Origin: a virus
Taxonomy: Duplodnaviria > Caudoviricetes
IMG/VR virus record: IMGVR_UViG_3300043432_000238
Coordinates: 15,333-79,332 of that record
Length of the DNA: 64,000 nt
Reading direction: 5' to 3' (one strand)
Shown: positions 35,839 to 43,690 of the stretch, in pieces
Numbering within the stretch: position 1 is the stretch's first letter
How the letters are laid out: each line of letters starts with the position of its first letter
Translations under genes and position numbers: made by a program
The notes under the pieces: generated by a model
Database searches by the model: none
What the model saw: the letters and a program-made list of their open reading frames with translations, nothing else
Told to the model about the DNA's origin: nothing

Positions 35839-36911
35839 GCATGCGATGGAGGTGGGACCAGCCGATGATGGCGCCGTGGAGCGATGATGGCGCACCGAGC
35901 TTCAGCGCCGACGATCTCGCTCTGGTGGCGGACGATGATGCCAGTGACGATGCCGGCGATAAAGCGGCCGCGGACAAGACGCCGCCCGCGGCCGGTGCGG
36001 AAAAAGCCGGCGACGACAAGACCGGCAAAACCATCGCCGGCGGCGAGGAGACCAAAGAGCCCGAGCCCAAGAAAGCTTATTGGCCCGAGGATTGGCGCGA
36101 GAAGGCTGCCGAGCATCTGGCGGCCGGCGACAAGAAGATCTACGAGAAGGAGCTTCGCCGGCTTCAGCGCATCTCGGACCCGGCCAGCGTCTATGGTCTC
36201 TACCGCGAGGCCGAGAGCCGCCTGACCAGCGGCGGCTTGATCAAGATGCCCGGCAAGGACGCCAAGCCCGAGGACGTCGCCGCCTTCCACAAGGCGCTCG
36301 GCGTGCCGGAGAAGGCCGAGGAGTATCTGAAAGATCTCCAGCTCGACAATGGCGCCGTGGTCGGCGAGGCCGACAAGCCCTTCGTCGACGGCGTTCTCGG
36401 CGCGATCCATGCAGCCGGCGCCACGCCCCAGGTCGCCAAGGCGATGCTGAACTGGTATTACGCCGAGCAGGAAAAACAGGCCGCCGATCTCGACGAGGCC
36501 GACGACGATTTCCGGCGCGAAGCAGAGACGGCGCTGAAGGACGAGTTTGGACCCTCCTTCCGCCGCTCGGTCAACGCCATCGCGCCGCTGTTCGCCGCCG
36601 CGCCCGGCGGCGCCGATATCACCAATGAGGGCTCGCTCTATGCGCGGCTGATGGGCGGGCGCACCGCCGATGGCCGCGTGATCGGCAACGATCCCGACAT
36701 GGTGCGCTTCCTGATCGGGCTCGCCCGCGAGGTCAACCCGGCTGCGACCATCACCGAGGACGGCGACCAGAGCGGCAAGACCATCGATGCCGAGCTGGCC
36801 GACATCCAGAAGCTGCGCACCAGCGAGCCGAAGCGATATTGGAGCGCTGCCGTGCAGGCGCGCGAGCTGGAGCTGATCACCGCCCAGCAGAAGATGAAGG
36901 CGAGAGCCTGA
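35835..36911 (+). CDS. Capsid assembly / scaffolding protein
   Basis: Acidic N-terminus, WPEDWR, FHKALGVPE, GNDPDMVRFL; lies between portal and capsid. Confidence 0.85.
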   Translation: MSMRWRWDQPMMAPWSDDGAPSFSADDLALVADDDASDDAGDKAAADKTPPAAGAEKAGDDKTGKTIAGGEETKEPEPKKAYWPEDWREKAAEHLAAGDKKIYEKELRRLQRISDPASVYGLYREAESRLTSGGLIKMPGKDAKPEDVAAFHKALGVPEKAEEYLKDLQLDNGAVVGEADKPFVDGVLGAIHAAGATPQVAKAMLNWYYAEQEKQAADLDEADDDFRREAETALKDEFGPSFRRSVNAIAPLFAAAPGGADITNEGSLYARLMGGRTADGRVIGNDPDMVRFLIGLAREVNPAATITEDGDQSGKTIDAELADIQKLRTSEPKRYWSAAVQARELELITAQQKMKARA

Positions 36912-36964
36912 ACCCTATCGGCGTTTGCCGCTCGCGGTGAACGTTCGTCTCTGATCGCCCTGCC

Positions 36965-37095
36965 CGGACAACCCGACATAATCGGCGCCGGATAGGCGGT
37001 CATCCACCCACCCGTCACGAACGCGCTCCTGGATGCGTTAGCGGCGCCTGCCTCCGGGCGGGACAATCCGTGCACGCATCGGAAGGAGACAACCG
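36965..37095 (+). promoter_or_regulatory. Capsid leader with three GACAAY hairpin-loop motifs
   Basis: CGGACAACCCG at 36965, CGGGACAATCCG at 37059, GGAGACAACCG at 37085. Confidence 0.4.
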
Positions 37096-37139
37096 GAACG
37101 GACGGCATCTCAGCAACCATTATATGAGGTGCCAAACCT

Positions 37140-37973
37140 ATGGCAGAGAATGCCCCTCAGATTCAGTATCGACAACAACTCGTTGCCGGTTTTGAAGAGG
37201 GAATGTCCTGGCTTCGGCAGACGACCGTCACCGAGGCTGTGATCAAGGGGAATCAGGCCACATTTCTGGTCGGAGACTCCGGCGGCGCCAGCGCCGTCAC
37301 CCGCGGTATCAACGGCCTGATCCCGGCGCGAGCCGACAATCTGAGCCAGCCGACCGCGACGCTCGTCGAATGGCATGACCTGGTCCGCAAGACCCGGTTC
37401 AACATCTTCGAGTCCCAGGGCGACCAGAAAGCCCTGATGCAATCGACGACCCGCAAGGTTCTCAACCGCCGCATCGATGCCGACGTCATCGCGCAGATGG
37501 ATACGGCGACCAACAACCTCGGCGCAGCGACGACGTTCTCGCTGTCGATCGTGGCGAAAGCCTCGGTCACTCTCGGCGAGAACGAGGTTCCGGTCGAGGA
37601 GGAGAACAACATGTTCGCGGTCTGCACCCCTGCGGTCCGCGGCTACTTCATGCAGATCCCGGAAGGCATCAAGATCGACTATGTCGATCTGAAATACCTC
37701 GCCGGGCCGGTCCGCCGCACCATGCGCTGGGGTGGTTTCAACTGGATCTTCCACCCGAACCTGACCGGGGTGGGGACGGCCGCCGAGCTGTGCTACTTCT
37801 TCCACCGCGACAGCCTTGGAAGCGCTTTCGACTCGGGCGAGGGCCTCAACACCGCCATCGGGTACAATGACGAGCAGGATTATTCCTATGCCCGCGCGTC
37901 ATCGTTCACCGGGGCGAAGATCCTGCAACAGTCCGGCATCGTGCAGTTCAAGCACGACGCTTCGGCGATCTAA
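37140..37973 (+). CDS. Major capsid protein
   Basis: QIQYRQQLVAGFE...GLIPAR...LNRRIDADVI...GFNWIFHPNL...GAKILQQSGIV; GAGGT RBS. Confidence 0.9.
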   Translation: MAENAPQIQYRQQLVAGFEEGMSWLRQTTVTEAVIKGNQATFLVGDSGGASAVTRGINGLIPARADNLSQPTATLVEWHDLVRKTRFNIFESQGDQKALMQSTTRKVLNRRIDADVIAQMDTATNNLGAATTFSLSIVAKASVTLGENEVPVEEENNMFAVCTPAVRGYFMQIPEGIKIDYVDLKYLAGPVRRTMRWGGFNWIFHPNLTGVGTAAELCYFFHRDSLGSAFDSGEGLNTAIGYNDEQDYSYARASSFTGAKILQQSGIVQFKHDASAI

Positions 37974-37986
37974 GGAGGGCTGACAC

Positions 37987-38262
37987 ATGGCAAACTATCA
38001 GTCCGCCAACTTCAACCTTCGCAGCCAGTCGATCGCCGGCCGCAAGGAATGGGTCTACGAGGACACTGGACCGATCGCCGACGTGATCGCCTCCGGCTTC
38101 GTCTCCGACGGAGCGCAGAAGGGCGCAAGCGTGGGGGATTTCGTGAAATATTACGATACCTCGCGCGGCATCTGGTACGGCCTTCGGGTGAGTGCCCGAA
38201 GCGATACCGGCGCCACCCAGCTCACGCTCGACGGCCAGGTGATCATCGGCGATACGAGCTGA
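37987..38262 (+). CDS. Putative capsid decoration/cement protein (2 DTG, 2 DTS)
   Basis: 91 aa directly after the capsid gene with an AGGAGG RBS, ahead of a terminator. Confidence 0.7.
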   Translation: MANYQSANFNLRSQSIAGRKEWVYEDTGPIADVIASGFVSDGAQKGASVGDFVKYYDTSRGIWYGLRVSARSDTGATQLTLDGQVIIGDTS

Positions 38263-38282
38263 TCGTCTCGCTTGGCGACATC

Positions 38283-38312
38283 AGGGCGGCTCCTCATCGG
38301 GCCGCCCTTTTT
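38283..38312 (+). terminator. Rho-independent terminator after capsid and decoration genes
   Basis: AGGGCGGC...GCCGCCCT-TTTT. Confidence 0.8.
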
Positions 38313-38335
38313 CTTTCTACCATCAGGGAATTCTC

Positions 38336-38848
38336 ATGTCCGAAACCACGACCGTCCCGCCGAAGCCGGCGAGGACCGCATCGCCGCTTGCCGCCACCTC
38401 TGCTGCTGCCCAGCCGGCCGCCAAGGCGCCGGAGCAGACACTGCGCGCCACCAAGCCGAAATGTTTTGCGCCCTCCTCGCTCAAGCCTCTCGGCTATGGC
38501 GAGACCGAGATCATGACGCTGACCGTGCCGGAAGGCTGGCGCTTCGATGAGGTCATGAAGAGCGTCGCCTGGGTGAGCGTGGTCGGCCCGATCGCCGCCA
38601 ACGCCATCAAGACCCAGATCGACCGCATCGGCTCGCTGATCTACGTCAACACCGCCGACAACCGCTTCATGGCCTGGCTGCGCATCACCAGGATCGTGCG
38701 AGACGAACTAAAGAATGCCTGCGGCCTGGAGGCGCTGTGCATCGGTCCGGCGATCGATCTCAAGACCGGCCGGCCCTGCCCGATGGACCTGAAGACGGGT
38801 CTCGCCTGGGTCGATCCGGAGCTGCCCAAGGAAGCGGCTGCGGCGTAA
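38336..38848 (+). CDS. Hypothetical virion-module protein
   Basis: 170-aa ORF between the capsid and tail genes. Confidence 0.7.
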   Translation: MSETTTVPPKPARTASPLAATSAAAQPAAKAPEQTLRATKPKCFAPSSLKPLGYGETEIMTLTVPEGWRFDEVMKSVAWVSVVGPIAANAIKTQIDRIGSLIYVNTADNRFMAWLRITRIVRDELKNACGLEALCIGPAIDLKTGRPCPMDLKTGLAWVDPELPKEAAAA

Positions 38849-38870
38849 GCGCACATAGAGGAGGCGGGTA

Positions 38871-39512
38871 GTGACGACCAAACTGGCGATCTTCAACGCC
38901 GCGCTCGACGAGCTCGGCGAGACCAATGTCTCGGACACCGGCGAGGCGATCGAATCCGCGCGCGTTCTGGCGCGCCGTTACGACCGCGTGGTCGCAGACT
39001 GCCTGTCGGCCGGCTCCTGGAACTTTGCCATGGAGACCATCCAGGCCGATGCCGATACCGGCGTCACGCCGTCCTTCGGCTACGCCAAGGTCTTCGCCAA
39101 GCCATCGGACTGGGTGAACACCGTGGCGATCTCGGCCGACCCGTATTTCACCTTCCCGCTGACGCAATATGTCGACGACGTCAATTTCTGGTCGTCGGAT
39201 TATACGCCGATCTATGTGCGCTACGTCTCGAACGATACCGGGCTCGGCCTCGAGCTGGCGCGCTGGACACCGGCCTTCATCCGGTTCGTCGAGCTGGAGC
39301 TCGCCGATCGCTGCTGCATCAAGATCACGCAGAGCGAGACGACGAAGGAGCGGGTCGCCAAAGACCTGAAGAAGGCGAGGACCAAGGCGCTGGCTCAGGA
39401 TGCCCTCAACGAGCCGCAGCCGAAATTTCCCCCGCCCGGCTCCTGGTCGATGTCGCGTTCCGGCCGCATCGGCCTGCGCGACCGCGGCAACCGCAACTCG
39501 CTGATCGGCTGA
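38871..39512 (+). CDS. Tail tubular protein A / adaptor (3 DTG)
   Basis: IFNAALDELG...YDRVVADCL...WNFA...FGY...PSD; position before tail tube B. Confidence 0.85.
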   Translation: MTTKLAIFNAALDELGETNVSDTGEAIESARVLARRYDRVVADCLSAGSWNFAMETIQADADTGVTPSFGYAKVFAKPSDWVNTVAISADPYFTFPLTQYVDDVNFWSSDYTPIYVRYVSNDTGLGLELARWTPAFIRFVELELADRCCIKITQSETTKERVAKDLKKARTKALAQDALNEPQPKFPPPGSWSMSRSGRIGLRDRGNRNSLIG

Positions 39513-39516
39513 TCCC

Positions 39517-42500
39517 GTGGCGAAGCAGAACGTCCCGCTGGTATCCTTCAATCGGGGGATCATCTCGCCGAAGGCGCTGGCCCGTGTCGATCTCGACCGC
39601 ACGCGGCTGTCCGCCGAGGTCATGCGCAACTGGCTCGCCAAGACGCAAGGGGCGATGACCATCCGTCCGGGCACGAAGTATTTCGGCTCATCGCTGAACG
39701 ATACCGGCGCGGCCTGGATCGAATTCGCCGCCGCGACCGACGATGTGGCGCTCCTGGAAGTGACGCCTCTGGCTATGCGCGTCTGGCTGGGCGATGACCC
39801 GCATGCTCTGGCGCTGCTGTCGCGCCCGCATGTCGACACCACGCTCAGCCTTTCCGATACCGGCTGGGAAGATGCCTCGACCGGCGGCACCTCTTCGACG
39901 AGTTCGACCGACGCCATCCCGACCATGACGGGTGCGACCACCAATGGCGTTACGATCAGCGCTTCGTCGGAGGACGCCTCAATTGGAGCGTCAGCCTGGA
40001 AGGTCGGCGACGACAACATCAGTAGTCTTTGGGTCGATACCGGCTTCTTCGAAGGCGGCACGCTGCCATCCTGGCTGAAGGTCGATTTTGGCGCGGGCAA
40101 TACCAAGACTATTGCCGCTTATTCGATCCGTGCCCCGGGCAACTCCAATGCGCTCGACAACGTGCCGCGCTCCTGGGACTTTCAGGGCAATGATGTCGAT
40201 ACCGGGTCCGATGCGTCCTGGACCACGCTCGACACCGGCGGCGACCAGACCGACTGGTCTGTCAGCGAGAAGCGGATCTTTACCGTCGGGTCTCCGCAAG
40301 CCTTCCGCTTCTATCGCTGGAACATCAAGGAAATCACCGGCGGCGGCGATGCGAGTGGCGAGATAGCCCTACCAGAAGTCGAATTATTCCCCTCTATCGT
40401 CAATACCAAGGCGGCCTTTTCCTCTGGCCGTTTGACGATGAACGCCACCGCCATCGGCGCTTTGGCCAGGGTGCGCAAGCGCGTCATTGTCGACACGGGT
40501 GATGCGGGCGTCGAGCATGGCCTCGCGATCAATATCGCACGCGGTCCCGTGACATTCCGCGTGGGGTCGAGCGTCGGTGATGACGATTACGTCAGCGAGA
40601 CGGTGCTCGGCACCGGCTATCACAACCTCGCCTTTACACCCGCCAGCGATTTCTATGTCACGCTGCAGACCGACGCCATTGTCAACCGGCTCATAAACTC
40701 GCTGGCCATCAGCGACACCGGCACGGTCTCGATAACCTCGCCGTGGGAAGCGGGGGATCTCGACAACATCCGTTTCGACCAGTCGGCCGACGTGATCTAT
40801 GTCGACTGCGCCGGCGTTCACCCAGCCAAGATTGAGCGCCGCGGCACTGGCCGGTCCTGGTCCGTCGTCCGTTATGAACCCAACAACGGCCCATTTCTTA
40901 CCTCGCCTTCCAGCGCGGCCAAACTTTCGGTGAGCTTTTATTACGGCAACGTCACGCTGAGTTCCGACGTACCCTTCTTCAAGCCTGGCCATGTCGGTGC
41001 GCTGATCCGGATCTTCCACGAAACGCAGGGAGGCCAATGGATACTCGGCACGCTCGACGCCAAGACGGACGCGGTTGCGGTCACCGGAATTTCCGATACG
41101 GGCACGACGCCTCCCACGGATTCGGAACGGGCCATTACTTTTAACGTTGCCGGCAGCGGCGTATTTGCGACGACCATTGAGAAATCGGTCGATGGTGCCG
41201 AATTCGGCTTCAAGGCCATCTCCTCATCCATCGGCACTGCGACCGATACCGGTACACGTTCGCTTACGATCATCGACAAGGACGATAATATCAAGGTCTG
41301 GTATCGTATCCGTGTCAGCTCTTACACATCGGGCGTTGTGTTGGTCGCTATCACCTATGATGGCGGCGGCGGTACTACCGGCATCGGACGCATCACCAGC
41401 TACAACTCCAACACTTCCGTCGCCATGGAAGTGCTCTCGCGCTTCGCCGAACTCGCTTCATCGGACAATTGGCAGGAAGGCTATTGGTCGGATGCGCGCG
41501 GCTTTCCGAGCGCCGTCGCCCTGCATAGCGGACGACTGGCTCATGCGGGCGGTTCCACGCTGTTCCTCTCGGTCTCCGACGATTACGAGAATTTCGACGA
41601 CACCACGGTCGGCGATGCCGGGCCGATCATCCGTACGCTCGGCTCGGGGCCGGTCGACGCCATCTATTTCCTGATCTCGCTGATCCGGCTGGTGATCGGC
41701 ACCACGGGCTCGGAGCTGTCGCTGCGCTCATCCTCGCTGGACGAGCCGGTGACGCCGTCGAACTCGGCGGCGCGGTCGTTCTCGACCCACGGCTCGGCCA
41801 ATATCCGCGCATTGAAACTCGACAGCCGCGGCATCCAACTGCAACGCTCGAAGCAGCGCATCTTCATGGTCGGCTTCGGTGCGACCAGCCAGACGCTCGG
41901 CGACTATGAAGGCGTCGAGCTGACGCTGTTCGTCCCCGATCTGCTGAAAGCCGGCGTCGTCTCGCTCGCCATCCAGCGCATGCCGGACACCCGCCTGCAC
42001 TGCGTGCTTGCCGACGGCACCGTCGGCATCCTGACCTATGAACCGAACGAGGAGGTGATCTGCTGGCAGTTCTGGACCACCGAGGGCTCCGTGGAGAAGG
42101 CTATGGTGCTGCCCGGCGTCAGCGAGGACGCGGTCTATTACCACATCAACCGCACCGTCAACGGTCACACGAAGCGCTTCCTGGAGAAATGGGCCAAGGA
42201 GACCGAATGCCTCGGCGATAGCGGCCTCTGCTGGCTCGCCGACTGCGCCGTCTCCACCACCGACACCGGCCGGACGAAATCTCTGGCGGTGCCGCACCTC
42301 ATCGGCGAGCGGGTCATCGCCTGGGGCGATCTCGACACCGGCTCCATGCCGCTGGTCGACCTCTCGCCGGACACCGATACCGGCGGCGCGCAGCGCACCT
42401 ATCTGGTCGACACCGGCGGCGACATCACACTGGGCCTCACCGAAGGCGTGCATCACGGCGTCGCCGGCTTGCCCTATAGCGCCGCCTGGAAAAGCGCCAA

Positions 42501-42822
42501 GCTCGCCTATGCCGCCCAGCTCGGCACCGCGCTGACCATGAAGAAGCGCGTGCCCCAGCTCGGCATGGTGCTTTACCAGACGCACAATAACGGCCTGTTC
42601 ACCGGCTCCGACACCGGCATGGACAAGGTGCAACCCCTGCCGCGCACGCTCGATAAGGGCGGCGTCGTCGATCCGGACAAGATTTATCCGGTCATCGACG
42701 AGGCCCCCTTCGCCTCGCCCGGCGGCTGGGACTCGGATTCGCGCGTGACGCTTCGGGCGAAAGCGCCCAGGCCCTGTACCGTGCTCGCCCTCGTGCCTGC
42801 GGTCGACACCAATGAGCAATAG
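39517..42822 (+). CDS. Tail tubular protein B / nozzle with an inserted F5/8-type C (discoidin) domain; 14 DTG
   Basis: SFNRGIISP...QGAMTIRPGT, FDQSADV, GFPSAVALHSGRL; insert WLKVDFG...YSIR...PRSWDFQG...WTTLD...FRFYRWNI. Confidence 0.88.
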   Translation: MAKQNVPLVSFNRGIISPKALARVDLDRTRLSAEVMRNWLAKTQGAMTIRPGTKYFGSSLNDTGAAWIEFAAATDDVALLEVTPLAMRVWLGDDPHALALLSRPHVDTTLSLSDTGWEDASTGGTSSTSSTDAIPTMTGATTNGVTISASSEDASIGASAWKVGDDNISSLWVDTGFFEGGTLPSWLKVDFGAGNTKTIAAYSIRAPGNSNALDNVPRSWDFQGNDVDTGSDASWTTLDTGGDQTDWSVSEKRIFTVGSPQAFRFYRWNIKEITGGGDASGEIALPEVELFPSIVNTKAAFSSGRLTMNATAIGALARVRKRVIVDTGDAGVEHGLAINIARGPVTFRVGSSVGDDDYVSETVLGTGYHNLAFTPASDFYVTLQTDAIVNRLINSLAISDTGTVSITSPWEAGDLDNIRFDQSADVIYVDCAGVHPAKIERRGTGRSWSVVRYEPNNGPFLTSPSSAAKLSVSFYYGNVTLSSDVPFFKPGHVGALIRIFHETQGGQWILGTLDAKTDAVAVTGISDTGTTPPTDSERAITFNVAGSGVFATTIEKSVDGAEFGFKAISSSIGTATDTGTRSLTIIDKDDNIKVWYRIRVSSYTSGVVLVAITYDGGGGTTGIGRITSYNSNTSVAMEVLSRFAELASSDNWQEGYWSDARGFPSAVALHSGRLAHAGGSTLFLSVSDDYENFDDTTVGDAGPIIRTLGSGPVDAIYFLISLIRLVIGTTGSELSLRSSSLDEPVTPSNSAARSFSTHGSANIRALKLDSRGIQLQRSKQRIFMVGFGATSQTLGDYEGVELTLFVPDLLKAGVVSLAIQRMPDTRLHCVLADGTVGILTYEPNEEVICWQFWTTEGSVEKAMVLPGVSEDAVYYHINRTVNGHTKRFLEKWAKETECLGDSGLCWLADCAVSTTDTGRTKSLAVPHLIGERVIAWGDLDTGSMPLVDLSPDTDTGGAQRTYLVDTGGDITLGLTEGVHHGVAGLPYSAAWKSAKLAYAAQLGTALTMKKRVPQLGMVLYQTHNNGLFTGSDTGMDKVQPLPRTLDKGGVVDPDKIYPVIDEAPFASPGGWDSDSRVTLRAKAPRPCTVLALVPAVDTNEQ

Positions 42823-43180
42823 CCCGGTCATCCGCCCCGCGGGCCGCGCCGATATCGATATTTTCGCCAGAGGCGATGCCGTGCCATCGATCAGGGCCGT
42901 CTGCATGGAGGTGGACGGCAAGGTGATCGCGCTCGGCGGCGTTGCCTACGCCAAAGGCCGCTGGATCGGCTTCTGCGATCTCACCCCCGAGGCGAGGCGT
43001 TACAAGATGCGCATCATGCGGGCGGCCCGCCGCTTTCTGGACGAGGCGCGCCGTGACGGCATCCGCTTCATCTATGCCGGCCGGGACACCGATGAGCCTC
43101 GCTCGCTCGCCTGGCTCACCAGCCTCGGCTTCGTCCTCGATCCCAGATCGCAATCCCTCTATCGCTGGAGCGCCAAATAG
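42812..43180 (+). CDS. Acetyltransferase-like internal virion protein (T7 gp13-like)
   Basis: VIALGGV...WLTSLGF; position after the nozzle gene. Confidence 0.7.
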   Translation: MSNSPVIRPAGRADIDIFARGDAVPSIRAVCMEVDGKVIALGGVAYAKGRWIGFCDLTPEARRYKMRIMRAARRFLDEARRDGIRFIYAGRDTDEPRSLAWLTSLGFVLDPRSQSLYRWSAK

Positions 43181-43684
43181 ATGGCCGCACTGCCTTTCAT
43201 CTCCGCAGTCGCAGGGCTGGCGGGTTCTTTCATTGCTGCGCGCGGAACGATCGCCGCGGGGAAGGCGCAGCAGCGGGCGCTGAACTATGAGGCGGCGCAG
43301 CTCGACCAGGAGGCCAAGCAGAAAGAGGCCGAAGCCCAGGTCGAGGCGCAGCAATATCAGCGCAAGAAGGAACTGACGCTGTCGAACCTGCAGGCGAATG
43401 CGGCGGCGTCGGGCTTCACCGCGACAGATCCGACCGCATTGGCGCTGGCCGACGAGATCTCGCGCTACGGCACCTATCAGCAGCAACTGGCGCAATATGG
43501 CGGCGAGAACCAGCGCGCCGGGCTGGAAGCGCAGGCGGAAGGTCGCCGGATGACCGGCCGGGCCGCCGTGACGGGTGCACGCTATAGTGCCGCCGGTACC
43601 ATCCTCGGCGGGATTTCATCGCTCGCCGGTAAATTCGCGTCCTCGACACCAGCGGTCGGGGCCACCAGCTTCAGATACGGATAA
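43181..43684 (+). CDS. Internal virion protein (T7 gp14-like)
   Basis: Ala/Gln-rich helix; QANAAASG...GAR.SAAGTILGG. Confidence 0.78.
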   Translation: MAALPFISAVAGLAGSFIAARGTIAAGKAQQRALNYEAAQLDQEAKQKEAEAQVEAQQYQRKKELTLSNLQANAAASGFTATDPTALALADEISRYGTYQQQLAQYGGENQRAGLEAQAEGRRMTGRAAVTGARYSAAGTILGGISSLAGKFASSTPAVGATSFRYG

Positions 43685-43690
43685 TCCGGC

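Noticed and set aside
18229-42822. DTG/DSG as aspartic-protease catalytic motifs
   Set aside because: There are up to 14 copies per protein in clear tail or fibre contexts, and the hydrophobic-hydrophobic-DTG plus downstream flap pattern of pepsin or retropepsin folds is not consistently present.
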